Origin: Octopus sinensis
Lineage: Eukaryota
Direction of reading: 5' to 3'
NCBI RefSeq assembly: GCF_006345805.1
Contig: NC_043011.1
Span: forward strand, 50,418,464-50,482,463
Length of the DNA: 64,000 nt
Under the pieces are notes generated by a model. It saw only the letters and a program-made list of their open reading frames with translations, had not been told where the DNA came from and did not search any database. The position numbers and the translations under genes are program-made. Shown piece by piece: positions 38,520 to 52,329 of this stretch; within the stretch, counting starts at the first letter, position 1; each line of letters starts with the position of its first letter.

Positions 38520-38855
38520 CATATATGTATGTGTGAAAGTGTGTTAAGTGTACATCTATATACAGAGGCAAAATATCTTGTGAGAAGGAGAAATCTACGC
38601 TAGATAGGTACATACATAGACAGATAAATACACAAGTAAATCAGAGAGAGAGAGAGAGAAGAAACAGTGAGGGAGAGAGAGAGACAGAGAGGCTTATACT
38701 TCATGTGTACGTATGTGTGTGATACATGTTTAGGGAAAAAATTGTGTAAGTATATGCCTGTTTGTGTCCGCGCATGAATGTGTGTATGCGTGCACATTTA
38801 TATATATGTATTCTTATATATACATATATGTGTGTGTGTGTGTATGTGTACGTGC

Positions 38856-38916
<61 letters not shown>

Positions 38917-38966
38917 AACATATATATATGTATGTATATACATATATATATAGATATATATATATA

Positions 38967-39011
<45 letters not shown>

Positions 39012-39559
39012 ATATATATATATACATATACGTACACATGTATATATGTGTAGTGTGTGTGTCATATCATACATGCAAAGATAAATCCATGCACGCATAC
39101 AAACATACTCACGTGTACGTGCGTACGAATATACATACGAAAATATATACCTACATATATATATGTGTGTTTGTGAGTGTGTGTGTATGTATGTATGTAT
39201 GTATGTATGTATGTATGTATGTATGTATGTATGTATGTATGCATGTATGTATGTATGTATGTATGTACGTATCTTTAGGTATATGTATGTATTTCAAATA
39301 ATTTGAGGCAATTTGAATGTCGAGCCAAATTCGGAAGAAAATATTCCAAATTGTTAAACGAAATGTCTTCAATTTCTTTATCTGCTGGAACAACTTTTTG
39401 CTTCAAAATATACACAAATCTAATAAACACATCGAATTATTAGGTTTTCAGTTGGTTTTGATAAGAACTGATTTGCAAGAAATATTATTATCACGATGAT
39501 CATCATCATTAATATCATTGCTACTGTTGTTATTATTATCATTAATATTAATATTATTG

Positions 39560-39609
<50 letters not shown>

Positions 39610-39640
39610 TTTACTATTATTATTATTATTATTATTATTA

Positions 39641-39695
<55 letters not shown>

Positions 39696-39703
39696 TTATT
39701 ATT

Positions 39704-40256
39704 GATGTAGAGAGAAGTGCATACCATCAAAGTGACACTGAGATAGAAATATACGAAGCCCAATATACCCATGATGACTACCCGACTGATAACGTTACAC
39801 CGCACCGGGTACATGCATCAAAACCATACATGCACGACATGGTGATTTCGTACCTAGATAAATAGCACATCACCTAGCAGGGGGAGCACAATTAGAATTT
39901 TTTTGAGGTCGAGTAGGCCATCCCACTCGAAAGGTCCCTGCATAAGTGTTAAAGATGTTGAACGAAACACCCATGTTTCCAGAGGTGAATTATTCAAATC
40001 CCAAAGAACTCCGCTCAACAAATGATTATGATGCTTCCCCACTACTCCTGCTCGAGATCAGAGATGCACATATCGTCAGCCATTAAAGATATGCTCAACT
40101 GGTTAAGGTCAAACAACTGACAAGCAAATCTGTGGTAATAAGCAGCATACTTGCTGTAGCCCACTTTTTATACCAAGACAGAACATGTACATGATAGCAC
40201 TTCCATTCAGTTAAAATCAAAAGCCACGAGAGCCACTGGCTGGTATTACATCAGGG
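39704..40256 (-). mobile_element. ~555-bp TAA-embedded element, copy 3
   Basis: Colinear with 29112-29665. (ATT)n/(GTA)n flanks. Confidence 0.85.
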
Positions 40257-40303
<47 letters not shown>

Positions 40304-40840
40304 GAGTGAGAGAGCAGTTCATGCCATCAAAGTGACACTGGGGTAAAATATACGAAGCCCAGTATACCCATCATGACTACCCGTCTGATAAAGGTACACC
40401 AGGCACATGCATCACAACCATATGTGCGCGACATGGTGATCTCATATCAAGATAAACAGCACATGACCTTGCAGGTGGGGCCCAGTTAGAATTTTCTTCA
40501 GGTTGAGTAGCCCATTCCGCTCAAAAGGTCCCTGAATAAGGATTGTTTAAGGATGTTGAAAGAACCACCCATGTTTCCAGAGGTGAATTATTCAAACCCC
40601 AAAGAATCCCTCTCAACACATGGCTATGATGCTCCCCCACTACTTCTGCTCGTGATCAGAGATGCACATATCGTCAGCCACTAAGGGACATGCTCAACTG
40701 GTTAAGGTCAAACAACTGACAAGCAAATCTGTGGTATTGAGCAGAATATTTGCTGTAGCCCATCTTTTATACCAAGACAAAACAACGTACATGATAACAC
40801 TTCCAATCAGTTAAGATCAGAAGCCATGAGAGTCACTGCC
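40304..40840 (-). mobile_element. ~555-bp TAA-embedded element, copy 4, with terminal foldback
   Basis: Very similar to 29112-29665. Followed by a 70-bp inverted copy of its own end (40841-40910). Confidence 0.88.
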
Positions 40841-40939
40841 TGGCTTCTGATCTTAACTGATTGGAAGTGTTATCATGTACGTGGTTTTGTCTTGGTATAA
40901 AAGATGGGCTTATTATTATTATTATTATTATTATTAATT

Positions 40940-41614
40940 TATGTTTGACTTTTGCTTTACATTTGTACAAGTTGGCTCCAAGTCTCCCCCAGAGACCTCA
41001 AGAGACAACAAGTTGGAAGTTCATGTTGGTGTTATGCCTAGGGTGCCATATATTTGGTTTTGTACATAGCGTTGGTCTAGAAAAGGAAAATTATGTTTGT
41101 TTTAAAACCTGAGATTACATACAAAATTTTTGCGTAGGATAGGGGCAGTTCCCATGAGCACTATTTCTTGAATTTCTGCTATTTTGGGGCTTCCTGGTAT
41201 CTGAGCTAGGTAACAATCAGCCCCCTTTGCTGTCATTCGCATGGCACCTATGACAACAGGTATTGTTTTAGTCTTCAGGTTCCACATTTTTTCCTAATTT
41301 CTATTTAAAGATCTTTATATTTGCTCAGTTTGTTGGTAGGTCTTGGCAGATACGTTTATATCGATTAGGACAGTTATGTCAATGAGGAGGCATGATTTTT
41401 GTCTGAAGTCTTTCAATATGATGTCTGGCCTGTTCGCGTCTATTTTTCTGTCAGTTTGAATGGTGAAGTTCCAGAGGAATGAGAAGTGATCATTTTCAAG
41501 CATAGAAGGTGGTTTGTGTTCCCACCAGTTTTTATCATGGGGCAAGTCCAGGCTTTTGCAAATTACCCAGTGTATATATTGTGCAGCTCTGTCATGCCTG
41601 TTGAGATACTCGAC
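40940..41614 (-). mobile_element. R4/Dong-like LINE 3' fragment (subfamily A) with RHD motif and REL endonuclease
   Basis: EYLNRHDRAAQYIHWVICKSLDLPHDKNWWEHKP..LENDHFSFLWNFTIQTDRKIDANRPDIIL...LLIDITV...VLMGTAPILRK. (ATT)n on both sides. Confidence 0.88.
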
Positions 41615-41651
<37 letters not shown>

Positions 41652-42195
41652 GAGTGAGAGAGTGGTGTATACCATCAAAGTGAGCATGGCGTAAAATATA
41701 CGAAGCCCAATATACAAATCATTACTACCCGACTGATAAGGGTAAAACAGGTACTTGCATCACAACCATATTTGCGCGACATGGTGATCTCATATCAAGA
41801 CAAAAAAGTGCATGACCCTGCAGGTGAGGACCCAGTTAGAATTTTCTTCAGACCGAGTAGCCCAACCCGCTCAAAAGTTACTTGAACAAGGGTTGTTTAA
41901 GGATGATGAACGAAACATCCATGTCTCCAAAGGTGAATTAAACAAATCCCAAATAATTCCTCTCAACACACGGCTATGCTGCTCTCCTACTACTTCTACT
42001 TATAATCAGTGATGCACATATCATCAGCCACTAAGGGACATGGTCAACTGGCTAAGGTCAAATAACTGACAAGCTAATCTGTGGTATTGAGCTGAATATT
42101 TGCTGTAGCCCATTTCTTATACCAAGGCAAAACAATGTACATGATAACACTTCCAATTAAGATCAGAAGCCCTGAGAGTCACTGCTTGGTACTGC

Positions 42196-42196
<1 letters not shown>
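41652..42196 (-). mobile_element. ~555-bp TAA-embedded element, copy 5 (diverged)
   Basis: Colinear with the other copies. (ATT)n flanks. Confidence 0.82.
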
Positions 42197-42226
<30 letters not shown>

Positions 42227-42315
42227 TATTATTATTATTATTATTATTATTATCATTATTGTAATTATTATTATCATTATTGTTATCATTATTATTATTA
42301 TCATCATCATCATCA

Positions 42316-42365
<50 letters not shown>

Positions 42366-42564
42366 TTACTTCATTTAGTTATAAAGAGGGCCTATACTGG
42401 GGAACCGCCATCAATAATTTTATTGACCCTAGTACATATAACTGTGTAAAAACTGATATTTTTCTATCCTGCATTTTTGCTGAACAGCTATGTTACGGGG
42501 AGGTAAATACCGATTGTTAAACGGATGGGGACCAATCAAATACACAAAGACACAGAGCCACGCA

Positions 42565-42733
42565 TATATACGACAGGCTTCTTTCATTTTCTTTTCGCCA
42601 AATTCACTCACAAGGCCTTTGTCAGCCCAAGGCTAAAGTCAAAGACATTTGACCAAAGATCAACACAGTGGTATTGAACCTGGAACCATGTGGTTGCGAA
42701 GCAAACTTCTAACCACTCAGCCACGCCTGCGCC
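42565..42733 (-). mobile_element. SINE type 1 head
   Basis: cgacaggcttctttc...accatgtggttgcgaagc...cagccacgcctgcgcc. Confidence 0.75.
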
Positions 42734-42767
42734 AATACATATATATATATATATATGTAAATGTATA

Positions 42768-43091
42768 AAAGACTCCGCCGGTTACGACGACGAGGGTCCC
42801 AGCTGATACGATCAACGGAACAGCTTGCTCGTGAAATTAACGTGCAGATGGCTGAGTATTCCACAGACACGTGTACCCTTAACGTAGTTCTCGGGGATAA
42901 TCAGCGTGACACAGAGAGTGACAAGGCTGACCCTTTGAAATACAAGCACAACTCATTTTTGCCAGCTGAGTGGACTGGAGCAACGTGAAATAAAGTGTCT
43001 TGCTGAAGGACACAACGCGTCGCCGGGAATCGAACTCACAACCTTACGATCATGAGCCGAATGCCCTAACCACTAAGCCACGCGCCCTCAC
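42768..43091 (-). mobile_element. SINE type 3 with 9-bp TSD
   Basis: TSD aaatgtata at 42759-42767 and 43092-43100. Confidence 0.88.
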
Positions 43092-43093
43092 AA

Positions 43094-43150
<57 letters not shown>

Positions 43151-43186
43151 ATATATAATATATATAATATATATATATTATATATA

Positions 43187-43261
<75 letters not shown>

Positions 43262-43768
43262 TATATACATACATTGTAAATACATCCATACATATATACA
43301 ACACTACTTACCTAGTTACATATAACGTATCTATACATATACATACATACATATATGTGTGTGTATGTGTGTATGCGTGTCTGTGCGTGTGTATTTATAT
43401 ATGTATATAATGAATTTTACACCATTCTAATCCCGAAACGCGTACATGATTAATTAAGGTTGGTTAGTTTTTTTTTCTTCTTTTTGCCTATGGGAGTTAC
43501 GAGTATTACTGTCTGTGGATATATATTGTAGTAGAAGAATTAATAATTTGACTGCTATTTCTAAATTTCGGTATGTGGTGAAGCAACTTTTGCTGATGAT
43601 TTAATTATGTTTATGCATATATATATATATATATATATATTGATCATTCATGTTTATACTTTTTGAGATCTAGTTATATGTTTTATAAAAATATATAATA
43701 TTTGTTATTTATGTTTTCGTTTATGTCTATCGCTGCTTGAGTTGCATAATAGTGGTTTTATCTTAATT

Positions 43769-43835
<67 letters not shown>

Positions 43836-43837
<2 letters not shown>

Positions 43838-44033
43838 AATTAAGGACTGAACACGAAAAGTGGACAGTCAACATGCTAGATAAGACGTCAAATCGCCATT
43901 CTCCACAAAGATTATGTTCTCAAAAAATAAAATTCAGCACAATTTTGAGAACATAATCTTTGTGGAGAATGGCGATTTGACGTCTATATCTAGCATGTTG
44001 ACTGTCCACTTTTCGTGTTCAGTCCTTAATTGG
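43836..44033. repeat. Near-perfect 90-bp inverted repeat, 17-nt loop
   Basis: 43836-43925 versus 43943-44033, one 1-nt indel. TA-flanked. Confidence 0.92.
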
Positions 44034-44788
44034 TATATATAAATATTTTAATCTTCGGATTCTTTTTAATATGCTAGACCACTGGTTTTAATTGACTAAT
44101 ATCAATTTCTACCCTTAAACAGTTTCCACATAAATTCGCAGTAAATTTACGTAGAGACTCCTCAGAATCTCAGGTTATTTCCAATTAATTTCCATTTCTT
44201 CTTACTTTCTTTCTTTTCTCTCTTTCTTAGGTGGGATTGAAACAATCTCCTTTGGGCAGTAAGGCAAAGTTTGTTTAGTTGTAATTATTTCGTCTTTTGA
44301 ACGGAGCGTGAAGATGTGAGATACTGAGACTATTTTGTGTGTGCATGTGTGTGTACCTGTGTGCGTGCGTGTGTGTGTGCGTGTGTGTGTATTGGGAGAA
44401 TGGGTTGGGAAAAAGGAGACAGGTAAGACAAGAAATGTAGTAGGTGTCACAAATAAGCTCTTCAGATTTGTTTTCCAAGTTTAAAAAGAAAACAAATTTC
44501 AAAAACTTATGTATGATTTTTATAATTAGACAAAAGAAAAATTCTTCGAGTTCGCCGCATGGAAGCTTGTGGTTTGGTTGGATGTCTTTGATAATTTTCA
44601 GTGAACTATTGCAGTAACTGTAACATTTACAGTGAATTTTTTTAAAAAATATCAGTAATAACTGGACTCCATTCTTCAACTGTACCGAGACAAACGGGTC
44701 TGCGGGGAAATTTAACAAAGTATACCATTCAGACTATACATAAATATAAATATATAAATATATATTTGTATATATATATGTGTATATA

Positions 44789-44829
<41 letters not shown>

Positions 44830-44864
44830 GTGTGTAGTGTTATGTATGTATATATATATATTAT

Positions 44865-44938
<74 letters not shown>

Positions 44939-45703
44939 TGTATGTACATATATATATATATATATGTATGTATGTATATGTATTTATATATATATATATA
45001 TAAATAAAACTGTGCATTGTGATGAGAGAGACGAAGAAAAAAATGTAGTATATTATTTTATGCAAAGTGATGCAAAGAAATGCAAAGTAGATTTCATGTA
45101 AAGACATCCTGTGTGATTTATAACTTCAAATGCACCGAAGGCAATGGCCGTTATCAGAATATAATTTATATTCATTGTAGTGAGAAAGCATTGTTATTTA
45201 AATTCACACATTTTGCAGTGACGGTTTTATTGTAAATCAAATGGAAAACATGAAACCAATCAGAATAAAGTCCAATATAAATGAGTTCTCAACGACCTAT
45301 CAGTAATAAAGACACTACCGGCGCAAGAAAGTCGGCTGCAGCCTAAACATAGAAAATAGAATTTGTCCTAGATTGTAACACGCACACACACACACACACA
45401 CAGACACAGACATGCGCAAAACCACCACTCACATACATGCACAAGCACACACACTCACCCACACATATGTATATATAAGGATACTGTATGTATATTTATA
45501 CATACATATATATGTATCTACATATATTATATAATATATATATATATATATAATACATAGAAATATATAAGTATATATATATATGTGTGTGTGTGTGTGG
45601 TGTGTGTAAATAAATGCTGTATATATGCATATATATATATATATATACATTGTATTTATATTACTATGATTGAACTCCACGCATCCATTTCCAAATAAGT
45701 TTT

Positions 45704-45751
<48 letters not shown>

Positions 45752-45787
45752 ATATATAATATATATATGTATATATGTATATATATG

Positions 45788-45836
<49 letters not shown>

Positions 45837-45879
45837 CATATATGAATGTATGCATGTATATGTATATGTTTGCGTGTGT

Positions 45880-46090
45880 GTTTGTTCTCCCATCACCACC
45901 AACAACACCACCACCGCTTAACCACCGATGTTGCTGTGTTTACGTCCCCGTAACTTAGCGGTTCGGCAATAGAGATTGACAAATAAGTACTAGGCTTACA
46001 AAGAATAATTCCTGGGATCGAATTGTTCGACTAAAAGGCCGTGCTCCAGCATTACCGCAGTCAAGTGGCTGAAACAAGTAAAAAAGTAAG
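45880..46090 (+). mobile_element. SINE type 1 tail
   Basis: cgtccccgtaacttagcggttcggc...gtgctccagcattaccgcagtc...gaaacaagtaaaa. Confidence 0.75.
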
Positions 46091-46228
46091 ACAATATATA
46101 TGTATACGTATATGTTTGTGTACACGATTTTAAAACCGTAGGTCTCAGAGTGGTTATGTATATATGAATAAATAATTGTTCGAGTGGCATTCAAATGCTA
46201 TATTTTACCAGTATATGTGTGTGTATGT

Positions 46229-46294
<66 letters not shown>

Positions 46295-46972
46295 TGATCA
46301 TTGAGCGGGGGCTAGAACTGCTCAGTATAGGAAACAAGTAGTGGTGCTCAAATGAATTTGTACTTAGTCTACGATCTTTTATGCAGAGCAAGGCCCACGG
46401 TGCCAAGAATGGTTATAAGGGAAACCCAAAACAAGCTGATACGAAGGAAGTAAAGCAAATAAAAACAATTGGGATTGATCTGTGGGTGGGTGTCTGTGTG
46501 GGGAGAGAGAGAGAGAGGGAAACAGAGAGAGAGGGAGAGAGAGAGAAAGTGAATAGGAATCACGATGATCATAGTATTAGTATGTAACGGTTTTGGGTGG
46601 GGCCCAGATGAGTCTGTAATAGGGCCCACAATAAGGAAGCTAATTTTGCGCCCATTGGGAGAGTCAAGTAGGAATCACAAGTTTCGTGAGGTAGAGCATG
46701 AAATTTTAAGTGAAGATTTGTTGAAGATGAGGTAATATTTATAATGTGATGGGAAATAAGAAGTTTGTAATTTTGAAAAATAACCCGGAGAGAGAATGGT
46801 GAGTGAAAATCATAGTGTAGGGAAGGTTAGGGCTTCACTGAGACGGATAGAGATTACTCAGTCTCTGAGGCGCACGAAATATCGAAATATCAAACGAGTG
46901 ATAGAAAGAGATTCGTACAAGATTTGTAAGATATGTACTTGCATATAAGAGAACAAAGTGTACGTACACCGC

Positions 46973-47005
<33 letters not shown>

Positions 47006-47517
47006 CTGTGTGTGTGTGTGTGTATACATATATATAGACGCACATTGCTTGGCCCGAGGCTAAAATATCAGGCAGTTGCCCAATGTCCCACGAATTGGGA
47101 CTGAACACGGAACATTATAGTTGGGAAGCAAGATTCTCATGCAGTTACTATTCATTCAGGATATTTAACAACTTTCCTAAGTCATCGTGAAGTCTTCCTG
47201 ACATATGGTCTACAAGTACAGATTCATTACAACAATCCCTTCGTATATTTATTACATGCATTAATTTAAGGTAAGATAATAATGAGAATTACGGCTTTCA
47301 TGCACAACAGACCATTTAATTTACATTTCGAACAGTGAAGATCATACTACGCATAAATTTATATGTGTATGTACGCATGGTTTTGTGCACGTATGTATTA
47401 TATACGCATGTTTGTATAAATATATATATTACGTATATATATATATATGTTTGTGTGTGTCTGTTTGTATGCATGTAACTATATAACTATATATGGATAT
47501 ATATATCCACACACAAG

Positions 47518-47579
<62 letters not shown>

Positions 47580-47968
47580 CAAGTGAGCAACATATATATA
47601 TGTATGCAAGTATGCATGTTTAAGAATGCTATAATACTCTAATATTGACTACTCCTCTTTATTTTAATTTAGAACAGTGAATAAGTTACACACATAGAAT
47701 GACACTCATACACACAAACATATATATATATATACATACACACACACACACACACACATATATAATATATATATATATGCATATACCTATATATATATAT
47801 ATATACGTATATACATATATATGTGCATATATATAACTACATATATATATATGTGTGTGTATATGTATATATTTATATATATATTATGTATATATATATA
47901 TATATATTATATTGCCATATACATATTAATAGATGCACATATGTAAATATATACATGTGTATGCGTTT

Positions 47969-48017
<49 letters not shown>

Positions 48018-48085
48018 ATTACATATATATATACATACATGTATGTACATGCACACCACACATATGCTTATGTATATATTATTTG

Positions 48086-48134
<49 letters not shown>

Positions 48135-48177
48135 GATTATTATTATTATTATTTCAGTCTCATCTTTGTTCTCATAT

Positions 48178-48216
<39 letters not shown>

Positions 48217-48307
48217 CATACATGCATCCATACAGGCATGCATGCATGTATATACATACATAGTACATACATACATACATACATACATACATACATACAT
48301 ACATACA

Positions 48308-48341
<34 letters not shown>

Positions 48342-48678
48342 CATACATACATACATACATACATTATATCTACATGATTTACGACATTTACACGCTAATA
48401 CAAAATAGGCGCACGTTCACGCACAAACGGACGCGAACGCACTCGTGCAGACACGCTCGCCTCGCGCACACACACACACTGACACACAATGAATTTTAAT
48501 TCCGAACAGTGATAACATCAGACATCCCGGAATACCTATTAAACACATTCTCAGCATCACTAGTCTCACTAATCAAAATTGTAGGTTTAAAGGACATTTG
48601 AAGAAGTACGTCTATTAAAATTATATACATAATACGTATGCATATACATACATATATATGCATATATTTATATTATTA

Positions 48679-48718
<40 letters not shown>

Positions 48719-48882
48719 GATATATATATATGATAATATATATACATACATATATGAGTGTATATACACATGTCTCTCTCTATATATATATATTTCTTAT
48801 ATATATATTGTATTTACATATACATAAAATATATAACATATATATGTATATATCTATGTAGATATATGTATATGTATATGTG

Positions 48883-48931
<49 letters not shown>

Positions 48932-49537
48932 ATATATATATAAACGAGTGTGACCGCTAACGCTGCATATATATGAGTATGTGTGTTTGTGTGAGTGTGT
49001 ATATATAAGCATATGTATGTATGCATATATGTATGTATGTATGTATGTATGTATATCAACTGTAGTCATCAGCAATAAAATAAATGTTTTTCTGCGTCGT
49101 CAAACGGTGACGCAGTTAACCGAAACTTAATCATGCGGAAAACTGCGAAGCATTAATTCAAATGGTTTACTTGATTGGGACCAAATCACGCGATACAGGG
49201 CCAATGACGATGAAAAATTGAGAATCACAAACGGGTATGCATATACTTATATACACATTATCACGTGTAAGAATATGTACTTTCTGTCTCCCTCATTCTT
49301 TCATTCTTCCTTTCTTCCTTGCTTTGTTTCTCTCTCAAGGTCCATGCTGGAGAAAAGTCCTATATATCTTCAAACATAGTCTATTTCTGTCGGTTTCTTG
49401 ACCATATATCTATGTATGTACATAAATGCATACACACAGACACTCGAGCGTATATATATATATATATATTCAATTACAAGCAAGAACCCATATATATGTA
49501 TATTATGTATATATGTGTGCGCATATGTATGTATGTG

Positions 49538-49808
49538 TGTGTGGAGGCACATGGCCTAGTGGTTAGAGCAGCGGATTCGCGATCGAGGGATCGCGAATTC
49601 GAATCTCAGACCGGGTGATGTGTGTGTTTATGAGCGAAACACCTAAACTCCACGCGGTTCCGGCAGAAGGTAATGGCGAACTTTTGCTGACTCTTTCGCC
49701 ACAACTTTCCTTAACTCTTTCCTCCTGCATCTTGCAGCTCACCTGCGACGGACCGGCGTCCCGTCCAGGGAAACCTATACGTCAAGGGAACCGGAAACCG
49801 GCCTTTTG
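49538..49808 (+). mobile_element. SINE with type 4 head and a different 3' part
   Basis: gaggcacatggcctagtggttagagcagcgg...aaacacctaaactccacg, then diverges from the 11295 and 31143 copies. Confidence 0.7.
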
Positions 49809-49809
49809 C

Positions 49810-50790
49810 TTGAAGTTCGGTGCTGTTTTGTATAGTAACGGCAACTTCGTTTGCTGTTTGCCCATTGAATCTTCTGTTATGTTTCATAACTGGTCTCCGT
49901 TTAGGGTCAATTACAATTGAAGCTTCCGGAATATTTTTCTTTTTTTCTTTTGCCATTCTAAATGACACGATGTAAGGGTTATATTGTCTGGGTATAATTT
50001 CCAATAATTCCACTATGTCGCGCTGAATGCCTTCGTTATCGAGTATCCTCATCCTGAAATCAAAACTATCCTGAAGATCCAGGAAGTAAATTTGTAAAAA
50101 TGGGGTTGTTCGCTGAGATTAGGTGTTAAAGAAGAGATGTAATGAGTAATAACTATAGAAGGATTCTATCTACTCCTTGAGGAACGAATTTCTTCGACCC
50201 CAAAAGATACCATTTTGTATTGTCTGAGGTTTTTTGAACTCGTTTGCCCTAGGCTGATCAGTACTAGATGAATTGTGAAGTTCCTGGGGTAAAGGGTGTA
50301 GATTTTCCAGCCTGATTTTTCCATCCATACAGCAAAAGTTAGCAGTTTCACCATGAAAAAGCATTCCATGACAACAGACTCTGATCTTATTCATCTGTCC
50401 AACATCAGGAGAGAGGTCAAGCCGTTGAACTGTCCTTGCACAATTCCTAATGGTTTGTTGCAAAAAACGTTCAGCTCTGCGAGCGTCCGATTCACAATCT
50501 CGCCTGCTTCTATTTCCTTCTGTTCCACCAGACGCTCAGCTCTCCGAGCATGCGATTTCTGACCTCTCCTGTTTCTGTCTCTTTCCCTCTGTTTCGCCAG
50601 ACACTCAGCCCTTGCTTTATCAGTCTCATCGGTCCTTCTAATTCGCATGCTTGTTCCGTCTTGTTGTTGGCACTCTCCACTATTTTGCTCACCTTCCTCG
50701 GCTCTCCTTGCCGCGCTCTCTTTCCACTATCTACAGACCAACAGAATGTTTACTTTCTTCCTCGTCGAAGCATAATCTAAAAATTTTAAA
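49810..50790 (-). mobile_element. Helitron Rep N-terminal remnant
   Basis: R-x-E-T-type charged repeats (RRTDETDKARAECLAKQRERDR), LFHGETANFCCMDGKIRL, HNRRFNGQTANEVAV. Frameshifted. Confidence 0.75.
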
Positions 50791-50859
50791 ATCGTATTCA
50801 TCTTAGTAAAAATTCTCATTACCTCAAAATTTTTTTAAAGTCATCACTGAATAATATTT

Positions 50860-51290
50860 GTAAATAATGAGCATATTGTATTTTCTAAGAAAGCTAAATA
50901 TAAATATTTATTGTACAAACAACTGGTATTTTTCAAATCATATTCTCTTAAAAACACTTTTTAATACTTACAATATTGTTTGTTTAAAGAAAGCTGAAAT
51001 GTAAATATTCACTGTACAAAGAATATGTATTTTTTAAGTCATTTCCACTTTAAAATATTTCTTAAATATGCCGAAAAAACTTTTAATGGTATTCACTTGA
51101 AAATAATTTCTGAAAAAAAAAATTAAATATTGTCTGTTTAAAGAAAGCTAAAATGCAAATACTTCCTGTACAAACATCTTGCATATTTTAATATTTCACT
51201 TAGAAATATTTCTAAATGATTAAAATATTGTGTTTAACAAAAGCGAAAATAGAAACATTTACTATAAAAACAACTCGTATTTTTTCTTTG
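50860..51290. repeat. Degenerate AT-rich tandem repeat, four ~100-150-bp units
   Basis: Recurrent aagaaagctaaaat..aaata....ctgtacaaa near 50885, 50985, 51140 and 51240. Confidence 0.6.
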
Positions 51291-51356
51291 GCAAGTTAAT
51301 GTCACTAAGACATTTGCCCAGGTCGTTAAGTTTGTCTTCAAAATACAGACGACATT

Positions 51357-51745
51357 ACTCTTTTACTCTTTTACTTGTTTCAGTCATTTGACTGCGGCCA
51401 TGCTGGAGCACCGCCTTTAGTCGAGCAAATCGACCCCAGGACTTATTCTTTGTAAGCCCAGTACTTATTCTATCAGTCTCTTTTGCCGAACCGCTAAGTG
51501 ACGGGTTGTAAACACACCAGCATCGGTTGTCAAGCAATGCTGGGGGGACAAACACAGACACACAAACACACACACATACATATATACGACAGGCTTCTTT
51601 CAGTTTCCGTCTACCAAATCCACTCACAAGGCATTGGTCGGCCCGGGGCTATAGCAGAAGACACTTTCCCAAGATGCCACGCAGTGGGACTGAACCCGGA
51701 ACCATGTGGTTGGTTAGCAAGCTACTTACCACACAGCCACTCCTA
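51357..51745 (-). mobile_element. tRNA-derived SINE type 1, full length
   Basis: A-box tggctgtgtgg, B-box-like ggttcagtccc, CORE-like ttgggaaagtgtc, internal (TA/TG)n, (gagtaaaa)n tail. Confidence 0.9.
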
Positions 51746-52329
51746 CGCCATTGATCATCATGTTTCATGTTAATCAAAAGGTTAGAGTTTCTTCCCTCTC
51801 AGCGTTATGTTACTTTCGGAGTATTTTCTCATAATGCACCGTTTTGGGTATTTATGAAGGTACACCAAAAAAGCCCGTATATCGAGAATCCGTGGTCCGA
51901 TTTACGCGAAACTTGTTTTATTCCGTTTTTATTCCGTTTTTATTCAGAAGTAACTTAATTCAGAGTATTTTCCCATTATTCGGAGGTTTGGTTGTAGTAA
52001 ACGACAGACAAACACGCGAGCAAGCAATCAGAGAGTTTTGGTAGTATATACATATACATGTGTGGGGTGACGTGTGTATGGGCGTTAGGGCAGCGGACTC
52101 GCGATCGTAGGATCGCGGTTTCGACTCTCAAAACTATTGAAACAAAAATTTTAGGAAAATAAAAATAAGAAAAAAGTGGAAATTTTACCGGTGAGTGTGT
52201 TACATTATAAGGCACAAAAAGAAAATGACTCTCCCCAGACACAACAGAATATGCTTCAACACACGAACTCATATAAAGAATCTTGCAAACCAAATCCAAA
52301 AACGAAATATATATATATATATAAAATTT

